This document shows, piece after piece, positions 19,791-28,644 of a DNA stretch of 64,000 nt; the stretch's first letter is position 1; each line of letters begins with the position of its first letter. The translations under genes were made by a program, and so were the position numbers. The stretch covers positions 224,097 through 288,096 of the forward strand of contig JANXDO010000001.1 of the NCBI GenBank assembly GCA_025059375.1. Direction: 5' to 3'. Below the pieces are notes generated by a model. The model was not told where the DNA came from and searched no databases. It saw only the letters and a program-made list of their open reading frames with translations. The stretch comes from Candidatus Nezhaarchaeota archaeon (GTDB lineage Archaea > Thermoproteota > Methanomethylicia > Nezhaarchaeales > WYZ-LMO8).

Positions 19791-21245
19791 TTGATTGAGG
19801 GATTCCATGTGGGTCGCCATGCACTACGTGAGATCTTAGTGAGGGCTGTGGAGAGCTCTAAGAGGATACATAGAGACCTCGTCAAGCTTCTTGGGGATGA
19901 TAAGGTGTCTAACATTGTGACAGACCTAGCAGTATATAGTCACGATTATACGCCAATAAATCTCCACAAGATATTAAACTTAGACCTAGAGACTATTCCT
20001 TGCGTTGTAGTGTGGCCTGAAAGCGTACAAGATGTCGTCGAGATCGTTAAATACGCGTACGAGAATCATGTGCCGATTTACCCATATGGTGGCGGTAGTG
20101 GTGTACTGAGGGGGTTCGCGCCGGAGCATTGTGGAATTGTCGTTGACATGAAGAGAATGCAGAGCATAAGTCTAAACGAATACGATCTTACAGTTGCAGC
20201 AGACGCAGGGGTTTATGGTGTCATCTTAGAGCAATACCTCAACTATAAGGGGTACACGCTTGGACACATACCACAATCACTGTATGAATCCACAGTGGGT
20301 GGGTGGATAGCCACTAGAGCCACGGGACAGTTCTCAACTAAGTATGGAGGGATTGAGGATCTCCTGCTTGGCATTGAAGTTGTAGTACCACCTGGAAGAA
20401 TTGTTAAACTAGAGCCGCATCCTCGAACGGCTACAGGTCCGGATCTTAGAAGACTCTTCATAGGATCTGAAGGTGTCCTCGGGATAGTGACGAAGGCCAC
20501 TCTTAAAATCGCTCAATTTCCGGAGAAGAGAGTGAAGCTGTCATTCGCTACCAAGACGTTTGAGGAAGCTTTTGAGTACACTAGGTTGATTATTAGGAGA
20601 GGAGTACGACCTGCAGTTGTAAGGATCTATGATCGAATAGAGACATTAAGGCACTTCTACTGGATTAGGGATGTTAAGGACGAGCCCATCACGATAATGG
20701 TAATTGAGGGCCCATCCAGCTTAGTGGATGCTGAAGCGGACATTGTTAAAGGCACATTTAAGGGAAGGGAGCTCGGCGAAGAGCCGGTTGATTACTGGTT
20801 GAGAACTAGGTTTGTAGTTAAAGAAGCTTCCGAATACGCTGCCTTAGGCTTTGTTTTCGACACCATTGAAGTCGCCGCGCTCTGGTCTCGCGTTGTGCCT
20901 CTCTACCGTGAGGTGATAGAGGCAATGAAGCGCGTGGATGGCACTCTGGTGGCGTCAGCACACGCATCTCACTTCTACCCTCAAGGCGCATGCCTTTACT
21001 TCACATTTGGAGGCCTTCCTAGAGCTGGGACGACGCCATACGAGTACCACAGGAAGGTATGGGAGGCAGCAATGGATGCCGTGATAAGGGTTGGAGGGAC
21101 CATAAGCCATCACCACGGGGTCGGAAGGATTAGAGCTCCATGGCTTAAGGCTGAGATAGGCGATGCAGGGCTTGAACTTCTTCAAAAGCTCAAGAGAGCG
21201 ATCGATGACAGGGGGATCATGAACCCCGGCAACATGGGCCTTTAA
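19791..21245 (+). CDS. FAD-linked oxidoreductase, alkyl-dihydroxyacetonephosphate synthase-like
   Basis: GHIPQS...STVGGWIATR, PRTATGPDL, GSEG.LG, GACLYFTF, GGTISHHHGVG, MNPGN. Confidence 0.8.
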   Translation: MIEGFHVGRHALREILVRAVESSKRIHRDLVKLLGDDKVSNIVTDLAVYSHDYTPINLHKILNLDLETIPCVVVWPESVQDVVEIVKYAYENHVPIYPYGGGSGVLRGFAPEHCGIVVDMKRMQSISLNEYDLTVAADAGVYGVILEQYLNYKGYTLGHIPQSLYESTVGGWIATRATGQFSTKYGGIEDLLLGIEVVVPPGRIVKLEPHPRTATGPDLRRLFIGSEGVLGIVTKATLKIAQFPEKRVKLSFATKTFEEAFEYTRLIIRRGVRPAVVRIYDRIETLRHFYWIRDVKDEPITIMVIEGPSSLVDAEADIVKGTFKGRELGEEPVDYWLRTRFVVKEASEYAALGFVFDTIEVAALWSRVVPLYREVIEAMKRVDGTLVASAHASHFYPQGACLYFTFGGLPRAGTTPYEYHRKVWEAAMDAVIRVGGTISHHHGVGRIRAPWLKAEIGDAGLELLQKLKRAIDDRGIMNPGNMGL

Positions 21246-21260
21246 GTGGAGGTGGCCTAA

Positions 21261-22412
21261 GTGAGGGAGATGGCCTGGATTATCGAGGCATTGAAGGAGC
21301 GAGGATTAAGCACCGCAATGCGCGTAGCACTAAGGTACATGCTTGGAAGGCTGCGCGGCGTTGATGACATTATCAAGTGCGCTTTATGCCCCAACTTCTG
21401 TAAGTTCAATTGTCCCACTCACATAGCTTCTGGCAGTGAAACTCACTCTCCCGCTGGAAGAGCTAGGGTGGCCTTCTTTATTGAGAGCGGCGTCCTCGAG
21501 CTTAATCCGGAAAACGCATTACCGCTGTACACATGTCTGGGGTGCCTAGCGTGCAAGGCCTATTGCCCCTTTAACTTCAGCGTGCCTGAGATAACCTACA
21601 GGCTCCGTGTAAGGCTCCGACAAGCTAATGCCCTCCCAGTACAGCTAGCACAGATAGTTGATAACCTAAGCAGACATAAGTTCTTACACGGGCCAAGACC
21701 TGCTGAGGACCGCATAGCTGGTAATCTGCTGTACATTCGCGGCTGTACCGTCAGGCAGCACTTGCCCTCACTCGCCGAGATCACCATGGAGGTGTTCAAG
21801 AGATTTGGAGTGACCCTTGCAACGCATGCAGACGAGGTTTGTTGCGGATTCCACGCCTACCTTCTAGGAGCCGAAGATATCTTTCGAGATCTCGCTAAGA
21901 TGAGCATAGAGCTTTTAAAAAAGTACAGCTGTGCCATTACATCGTGCCCTACCATCGCTTATACGTACAGGGTCTTATACCCACGATTCGGCTTTCAACT
22001 TCCGATTGAAGTTTACCACGTAACAGAGCTGCTTAAGAGGGTGATGAGTGAGCAGCAGGTTAAGCTACGTGAAGTGAGAAAGAAAGTGGTGGTACACGAA
22101 TCGTGGCCATTATCGAGGGGGATCGAGACCAGTAACGTAATGCTTGATCTCTTGAAGAGCATTCCCGGTGTGGAGGTGGCTCTACCCATTAGGCATGGAA
22201 GATACGTCTACGACATCGGGGGTTACTGTTCCCTCTTAAAGTTCGTCAACCAATGGCTCGTGAGGAGGATTGCGCAGGAAAGGTTACGAGAGCTGAGCAC
22301 GGTCGGCAACATCATAGTCACGTCCTCCCCAGATGCGACCATCGTCTTTAGGGAACTTGGTGCAAATGTTTACGATATCGTGGAAGTAATGGCGGAGGCC
22401 CTTGGACTATGA
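21261..22412 (+). CDS. Fe-S oxidoreductase, GlpC/GlcF/HdrD-like (2x4Fe-4S plus CCG domains)
   Basis: CALCPNFCKFNCP, CLGCLACKAYCP, CCG, TSCP; second CCG domain degenerate. Confidence 0.8.
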   Translation: MREMAWIIEALKERGLSTAMRVALRYMLGRLRGVDDIIKCALCPNFCKFNCPTHIASGSETHSPAGRARVAFFIESGVLELNPENALPLYTCLGCLACKAYCPFNFSVPEITYRLRVRLRQANALPVQLAQIVDNLSRHKFLHGPRPAEDRIAGNLLYIRGCTVRQHLPSLAEITMEVFKRFGVTLATHADEVCCGFHAYLLGAEDIFRDLAKMSIELLKKYSCAITSCPTIAYTYRVLYPRFGFQLPIEVYHVTELLKRVMSEQQVKLREVRKKVVVHESWPLSRGIETSNVMLDLLKSIPGVEVALPIRHGRYVYDIGGYCSLLKFVNQWLVRRIAQERLRELSTVGNIIVTSSPDATIVFRELGANVYDIVEVMAEALGL

Positions 22413-24214
22413 ATGTTGTGGCGAGGCTTAAGGATAGGTGGATCTCTTGGCGCGTCTCGCGGGTACTAAAGCGCTACCTCGATAGCGTCCGGTTCCAAGT
22501 GAGGGACTCTATAGTCTTCCTACATGGTTCAGCTCAGAGCTACGAGGAGTTCCTCGACATCGGCCTCAAGGTGGGATCGGTAAGAGGCGTGGAGGGAGTG
22601 GTAAATGAGGTTGAATGGCCTGGCAAGGCACCTGAGGGGCGAAGGGAGGTCGCTGCATCCAAAGCCCTGATCGGAGACTATGACGTAGTCATTATAGGTG
22701 CCGGCATAATTGGGTCAATGATAGCTAGGGAGCTATCTAAGTACGAGATTCGAGTCGCCCTCGTCGATAAGAACCCAGATGTAGCCATGGGGGTCACGAA
22801 GGCTAATAACGGCATCATACACTCGGGTCTCGAAGAGCCACTCGGCAAGATTAAGACCAAGCTTTGTGTTCGCGGAAACGCTATGTACGACGAGCTAGCA
22901 CGTGAGCTAGGAGTAAGATTCAAGAGAATTGGAGGTTTATGGCTTATAACCCTAAGATCCATGCCCAAGCTAAAGGATAAGCTCCCAATGAGCCTGTACG
23001 TATTCATGCTCAAGTACGTTGTGCCATTGATAGTGAAGATGAAGGCTATGGTCCTAGGCGTCCCAGGCGTTCGCGCCATCAGGAGCATTGATGAAGTTAA
23101 GAGATTAGAGCCGCACGTATGCGATGACGTCGTAGCTGCTATACAGGTCCCAACCGTAGGCATCGTCGAGCCCTATGAGCTGGCAATAGCTTTGGTGGAG
23201 AATGCGGTCGAGAACGGAGTTGACACGTTTTTCGAGACCGAAGTGCTGGGCTTTGAAAAGGAGGACAATAAAGTAGTGGGCGTAATCACTAATCGGGGGA
23301 TTATAAGGACAAAAATTGTGATCAACGCCGCGGGTCTATATGCAGATGTAATTGCAGAGCTCGCTGGCGCCAAGGAGTACACAATTCATCCCCGTAAGGG
23401 GACAATACTGTTGTTTGATAAACGCAGCATGAAGTACTTGAGCCACGAGGTAGCTGAGATAGAGCTTCCTAGGCCTCCGAGAACCAAAGGCGGTGCAATT
23501 AACCCCACGGTTAGTGGCAACGTGATGTGGGGGCCTACAGCCATCGAGGTATCGAGTAAGGAGGATACGTCGACCTCGCGTGAAGATGTCGAATTGCTGA
23601 TAGACAAGTTCGCCAAGACCATTCCAAGCTTCAAGGGCAAGTTAATGAGGATATTCGCGGGTGTGCGACCAGCAACGTTCAATGAGGACTTCATTATTAG
23701 GCCGGCAAAGTGGGTTAAGGGGTTCATCCATGTCGCTGGCATTCAATCTCCAGGCATAGCGGCAGCCCCAGCAATAGCTAAGCTTGTCATCAACATACTA
23801 AGGCATGAAGGGATTCGATTGGTGCCTAAGAAGAACTTTAAAGCGACTAGGGAACCTGAACTTAGGTTTAATGAATTACCAGCAGAGAAGCAGGATGAGC
23901 TTATACGTAGAAATCCCGAGTGGGGCAACGTAGTATGTCAATGCGAGCTAGTCACAGAGGCTGAAGTAATTAATGCCATAGAGCGCATGAAGAGGATAGG
24001 GGTCAAAACCATCACGCTGGACGGCGTAAAGTTTAGGACGCGGATCATGATGGGCAATTGTCAAGGATCCTTCTGCAGGTTACGCGTGGCCTCGATAATA
24101 TCAAGGCACTGCGGAATAGATCTTTGGAAGGTTTCCCTACGAGGAGGGGGCTCAGAGATAGGGGTAGGCGATGTTAAGGTACTGCTCCAAACGGGGGTTA
24201 GTAAGAGTGGTTGA
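22409..24214 (+). CDS. FAD-dependent glycerol-3-phosphate dehydrogenase-like protein with N-terminal BON-like and C-terminal BFD-like 2Fe-2S domains
   Basis: GVEGVVNE (BON end), IIGAGIIG, TKANNGIIHSG, WGPTA, GIQSPG, VCQCE...MG.CQGSFC. Confidence 0.8.
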   Translation: MNVVARLKDRWISWRVSRVLKRYLDSVRFQVRDSIVFLHGSAQSYEEFLDIGLKVGSVRGVEGVVNEVEWPGKAPEGRREVAASKALIGDYDVVIIGAGIIGSMIARELSKYEIRVALVDKNPDVAMGVTKANNGIIHSGLEEPLGKIKTKLCVRGNAMYDELARELGVRFKRIGGLWLITLRSMPKLKDKLPMSLYVFMLKYVVPLIVKMKAMVLGVPGVRAIRSIDEVKRLEPHVCDDVVAAIQVPTVGIVEPYELAIALVENAVENGVDTFFETEVLGFEKEDNKVVGVITNRGIIRTKIVINAAGLYADVIAELAGAKEYTIHPRKGTILLFDKRSMKYLSHEVAEIELPRPPRTKGGAINPTVSGNVMWGPTAIEVSSKEDTSTSREDVELLIDKFAKTIPSFKGKLMRIFAGVRPATFNEDFIIRPAKWVKGFIHVAGIQSPGIAAAPAIAKLVINILRHEGIRLVPKKNFKATREPELRFNELPAEKQDELIRRNPEWGNVVCQCELVTEAEVINAIERMKRIGVKTITLDGVKFRTRIMMGNCQGSFCRLRVASIISRHCGIDLWKVSLRGGGSEIGVGDVKVLLQTGVSKSG

Positions 24215-25475
24215 GAAGCTACACTTCGACGTAGTTGTGCTTGGAGGTGGGGCTGCAGGGCTTGCAGCAGCCACTAAGCTAAGAGAGCTAGGGATCGATA
24301 GAGTCGTCGTAATAGATTACCATCCGTACGTGGACGGTCTATTGGGAGGTATACTTCCTCAATGCATACACCCAGGTTTTGGAGTCCACTACTTCCGTGA
24401 AGATCTTACAGGATCGGAGTTCGCATTCAAATTAATAAGAAGAGCTGAGAAGATAGGTGTTGAAATTCTCTCCGATGCCTACGCTTCCAAGCTTCGAACG
24501 ACATCGCGAACCATTGAGGTAACAGCTCTCTCTCGAAGGGGTCTAATGAGCATCTCGAGTAGAGCATTGATATACGCTGCTGGGGCACGTGAAAGATCGA
24601 TTTTTGAAATAGGTGTAGCGGGGGAAAGACCATCTGGCGTCTACACTGCTGGAGAGGCTCAGGCAATGATGGACCTACACGGTATCATGCCGGGTAGAGA
24701 GGTAGTTGTTGTGGGATCCGGTGACGTGGGCCTCATTATGGCTAGGAGGTTCGCATTAGAGGGTGCTGTAGTTAAAGCCGTCATTGAGCTGATGCCGTGG
24801 CCCGGAGGCTTAACGAGGAACATAGTGCAGTGTCTTCGAGACTACAATATACCGCTACTATTGAGCCATATGGTCACCAGGATCATCGGCAAGGATAGGG
24901 TTAGAGGAATTGAGGTGGTACGTGTGGATGAGGGGTTAAGACCAATAGCTGGAACCCATAAGATAATTAATTGCGATACAGTCATCATCGCTGCAGGCCT
25001 CATTCCAAGAGTTGAGCTCCTTGAAGAGGCTGGAGCGGAGATTGATGGTGCTACGGGTGGTCCAGTGGTCAATGACTACCTAGAGACGAGCCTTCACAAC
25101 GTATTCGCGGCAGGCAACTCACTAATCATTAATGACTTAGTTGATTACGCTGCTGAGCAGGGTGAGCAAGCTGCGATAAGTGCTCACTACGTTATAAGTG
25201 GAGGCGAAATCCCAAGAGACAACGTTAAGCGCGTCACCCTAGGAAGAAACATTAGGTTAGCTGTACCCCAACTTCTCACAGGCGCTCAAGACGTGATTAT
25301 GTACATAAGGGTCAAGAGGCCCGAGGAGAACGCCAAGCTCGTAATACCAGAGATAGGAGATGAGATTAAGTTTCAACGCGTAAGACCAGCTGAAATTATC
25401 AGGGTAAAGGTTAAAGGTGATGACATCATGAGAGTGCATGATGACAAGATTACAATCACGCTAGAAACCAATTAA
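24207..25475 (+). CDS. NAD(P)/FAD-dependent oxidoreductase, partner subunit of G3P dehydrogenase
   Basis: GGGAAG, LGGILPQCIHPGFG, GSGDVGLIMARR, GGLTRNIVQCL; GTG start overlaps upstream stop. Confidence 0.85.
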   Translation: MVEKLHFDVVVLGGGAAGLAAATKLRELGIDRVVVIDYHPYVDGLLGGILPQCIHPGFGVHYFREDLTGSEFAFKLIRRAEKIGVEILSDAYASKLRTTSRTIEVTALSRRGLMSISSRALIYAAGARERSIFEIGVAGERPSGVYTAGEAQAMMDLHGIMPGREVVVVGSGDVGLIMARRFALEGAVVKAVIELMPWPGGLTRNIVQCLRDYNIPLLLSHMVTRIIGKDRVRGIEVVRVDEGLRPIAGTHKIINCDTVIIAAGLIPRVELLEEAGAEIDGATGGPVVNDYLETSLHNVFAAGNSLIINDLVDYAAEQGEQAAISAHYVISGGEIPRDNVKRVTLGRNIRLAVPQLLTGAQDVIMYIRVKRPEENAKLVIPEIGDEIKFQRVRPAEIIRVKVKGDDIMRVHDDKITITLETN

Positions 25476-25734
25476 GCATGAGCAGACGCCTGCTATGATA
25501 GTTAAAACATGCTTCTTCAATCACCAAGCTCAATCTAACGCTTGGACCCTTGTCATACCCCTAGCATAGCCATCTACCTCGCTAAGGAACCTTGACCTAA
25601 ATAGGGCTTAGTCAATAGAGAGGCTCGCAATGGCTTATACTCGTTACTTAAATCCCTAATGGGGTCTTCAAGGGGTTTGGTGAGAATTTGTAAAACGAAT
25701 ATTGCATGCTGTAGGGGCACGATTTAAAAATAAC

Positions 25735-26172
25735 CTACATGGACGAGCATGGGCAGTCATTTTTGCTCACTCTTTTCACTTGTCTAGTGGCTACCACATC
25801 TGTACCACATATATTCCTGAGGATTACTTGACCTACCTCAATTGGGGCCTCAACCTCAATGTTGACTAAAGCCCTTACCACCTTCCATATGCAATCCTTC
25901 GGAATGGGATCACGAGTTATAACTGATACTGTGGGTAAGTTTCCCCCTCTCACCTTTATGACGGTCATTACACGCCTCACTGGACTAAGAACCTCCTTCT
26001 TAGCGTACTCTACTCCACGAGGACATAATGCTCCTTCAACTACGACATCGCTTCCCTCTCTTTTAGCTTTGATAGTGCAACCAGTAGGACATACGATGCA
26101 CAGTACTTCTTGTTCATCATTCACGTTATCACATCCACATAAACCGTATACGTCTACTTGAGGTGTAGTCAA
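25735..26172 (-). CDS. DUF1667 family small Cys protein (usual third gene of G3PDH clusters)
   Basis: CIVCPTGC...G..CPRG..YA..E...P.R; V.API.VG.VI. Confidence 0.8.
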   Translation of the reverse strand: MTTPQVDVYGLCGCDNVNDEQEVLCIVCPTGCTIKAKREGSDVVVEGALCPRGVEYAKKEVLSPVRRVMTVIKVRGGNLPTVSVITRDPIPKDCIWKVVRALVNIEVEAPIEVGQVILRNICGTDVVATRQVKRVSKNDCPCSSM

Positions 26173-26214
26173 GATGTGAGAACATATTTTTTAGTGCATC
26201 AACTGACTATTGCC

Positions 26215-26577
26215 TCAGTCCTCCTGGCTTGATATTGACTTAAGTTCCTTCAAGACCTCATCAACAACCTTAGATGGCCTCGATTTAGCCACAGCGTCGG
26301 AGAATCTCAAGACCTTAACTCCAATGCTCCTCAAAGCCTCATCCTTAACTTGATCTCTTGAGATCCTAATGTCTTTTACATGGTAGATGCCATCAATTTC
26401 TACAGCTAAGTTCGGTGGTACGAATATGTCGATTATGAACGTCTTACCACCAATACGGATCTTTTGTTGAGTAAAAAATATGATTCCTCTATTCTGAAGT
26501 TCCTTGATTACAGCTAACTCACCTGACGTATAGGCTCTAGGTGATCGAATCCTATACCTCCTTGCCCTCGCCCTCAC
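26215..26577 (-). CDS. DUF559 / Vsr-like endonuclease
   Basis: T..E, F..Q, IDIF, LAVEIDG.YH, D..KD..L...G.KVLRF. Confidence 0.8.
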   Translation of the reverse strand: MRARARRYRIRSPRAYTSGELAVIKELQNRGIIFFTQQKIRIGGKTFIIDIFVPPNLAVEIDGIYHVKDIRISRDQVKDEALRSIGVKVLRFSDAVAKSRPSKVVDEVLKELKSISSQED

Positions 26578-26842
26578 TCTTACCGCCCTCCTCTATGAGC
26601 TTCTTAATTCTATGAGCAATACCCTCAACTATGTGCTTCTTAGCACTTCTAAGCTGTATTCCGACAATATTACCATGCTCATCTACTTCTAAGTAGAGGT
26701 CCTCAGTCATCCTTATTAGACCCTTAGCGACGCAACCTCTAACCTTAATGTACAGTATGTCCCTGTCTAAGTCAAGTTCAACCTTAATATCTTGTTCTAC
26801 CTTTCTACTCACACTGCTCAATCTGTTTTTCCCTTCTCTCAA
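26552..26842 (-). CDS. DUF2283 domain protein
   Basis: D.D.DILYI...D..GNIVGI.L..A pattern. Confidence 0.7.
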   Translation of the reverse strand: MREGKNRLSSVSRKVEQDIKVELDLDRDILYIKVRGCVAKGLIRMTEDLYLEVDEHGNIVGIQLRSAKKHIVEGIAHRIKKLIEEGGKSEGEGKEV

Positions 26843-26884
26843 GACTTAAACATTACCTTAATAAGAAAGGGGGTGAGGTTTAAT

Positions 26885-27304
26885 TCATAGAGGCTCAAAG
26901 AAGTACCTAGGCCATTGCGGCCAAGTTTGCTGTTGAACAGCTGCACCTTCAAAGGAGACCTTCATCCTCATGCCCACTCTAAGTTGAGACGGCTGCGTTA
27001 TCCCCTTAACTATTCCTGGAAGCTTTGGCCCCTCGTCGAGCTTCACGATAGCCACAGCATATGGAGCCATCGACGCGAATTGTGTTGGTGGAATGTGGAT
27101 TACTGTAAAGCTTATTAGATCGCCCTCCCCTTTAAGCTGTACCCATTCAAGCTCCTTACTCAAGCATCTATCGCAGATAGGCCTTGGGGGGACCATGACG
27201 TTACCACACTTCCTGCACTTGACGCCCATAAGCTTACTCTCAGCTACAAACTTGTAGAATGACTCTATTGTAGGTGGAGGTTGAAGCTGAGCCATACTAA
27301 TCAC
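26885..27304 (-). CDS. DUF35 Zn-ribbon/OB-fold protein (thiolase partner)
   Basis: CRKCG....PPRPICDRC; PYAVAIVKLDEG; overlaps thiolase stop. Confidence 0.9.
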   Translation of the reverse strand: MISMAQLQPPPTIESFYKFVAESKLMGVKCRKCGNVMVPPRPICDRCLSKELEWVQLKGEGDLISFTVIHIPPTQFASMAPYAVAIVKLDEGPKLPGIVKGITQPSQLRVGMRMKVSFEGAAVQQQTWPQWPRYFFEPL

Positions 27305-28472
27305 CCCTCCTATATATGTGGACGAAAGCTGATGCTCCTGAGCCGCCCATATTGTGGGTTAAACCTATCTCTGCACCACGAACCTGTCTTTGACCAGCCT
27401 GACCAGTTAACTGCAAGTATATTTCATATAGCTGAGCTACTCCAGTAGCACCAACTGGATGCCCTTTAGCTTTGAGCCCACCACTCGTATTGACAGGGAT
27501 CCTTCCTCCTATTTCACTCTGACCTTCCTCTATGAACTTGCCTCCATAACCTTTCGGGCAGAAGCCTAGATCCTCGTACAAGATGATCTCAGCTATAGTA
27601 AAGCAGTCATGTACTTCAGCTACACTTACATCTTTAGGTTCAACTCCAGCCATCTTGTATGCTTCTCGGCTAGCTACTTTAGCTGAGAGTAGGGTGGTTA
27701 TGTCATCCCTCTCATATAGGCCTATCCTATCTGTTGCTCCAGCTGAAGCTATGATGTAGACTGGTGTGTCCGTGTACCTCTTAGCTAAATCAGGCCTTAC
27801 AAGTATTGCGCAACTAGCTCCATCAGTTATTGGGGAGCAATCAAAGAGTTTTAGTGGCCAAGCTATGACCCTGGACTTCAACACGTCCTCGAGCGCTATG
27901 GCCTTTTGAAATTGAGCTTTAGGGTTCATGGAGGCATTCTTGTGATTCTTAACCGCTACCATCGCCAGCTGCTCCTCCTTAGTGCCATATTTATTCATGT
28001 GAGCAGTCGCCATCAACGCGAAGAGCCCTGGAAACGTTAAACCATTCCACTGTTCAAAGGGGAAGTCTGATGCCATCGCTAGGAACTCCGTCACTTCCGC
28101 GGTTGACCTATGAGTCATTTTCTCAACTCCACCAACAAGAGCTACATCGACTAGCCCGGAGGCTATCGCCATGACCGCACTACGTAGAGCTGAGCCTGAA
28201 GATGCGCACGCGCTCTCAAGCCTGAAACTCTGTACGGGCGTTAGCCCCAGCCAGTCGCAAATTGTTGGACCTGTATGCCCTTGATGCTCATAAGACTCAC
28301 CCATGTGGCCAACGAAGACAGCCTTAATGTCTTTCTTAGGATCTAGATTGGGGCATCGATCAAAAGCTTCAGTTGCAGCCTCCACAAACAGCTCTCTACA
28401 GTAGAGTCCATCCCTCCTACCAAACCTTGAGAGTCCAGCACTAACTATAGCAGCTAGGGGTTTCCTCGTCAT
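27297..28472 (-). CDS. Thiolase (acetyl-CoA C-acyltransferase, archaeal/SCP-x type)
   Basis: ESACASS, DCSPITDG, EVHDCF, NTSGGLKAKGHPVGATG, HNMGG. Confidence 0.92.
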   Translation of the reverse strand: MTRKPLAAIVSAGLSRFGRRDGLYCRELFVEAATEAFDRCPNLDPKKDIKAVFVGHMGESYEHQGHTGPTICDWLGLTPVQSFRLESACASSGSALRSAVMAIASGLVDVALVGGVEKMTHRSTAEVTEFLAMASDFPFEQWNGLTFPGLFALMATAHMNKYGTKEEQLAMVAVKNHKNASMNPKAQFQKAIALEDVLKSRVIAWPLKLFDCSPITDGASCAILVRPDLAKRYTDTPVYIIASAGATDRIGLYERDDITTLLSAKVASREAYKMAGVEPKDVSVAEVHDCFTIAEIILYEDLGFCPKGYGGKFIEEGQSEIGGRIPVNTSGGLKAKGHPVGATGVAQLYEIYLQLTGQAGQRQVRGAEIGLTHNMGGSGASAFVHIYRRGD

Positions 28473-28644
28473 GTCACAGCCCCGCCACCGAATACCCATT
28501 AACTGAATTTTTATATGTTGCCCGAAAACTTGGTCGTTGAGAACCAGCGGCTAATACCCCGCAACCTCATGGGGGTTTACACACTAAGTCTCGTAGTATG
28601 ACTTCATTAACTTGAAATCCCATAAAGATATTGGGGGCCTCAAC

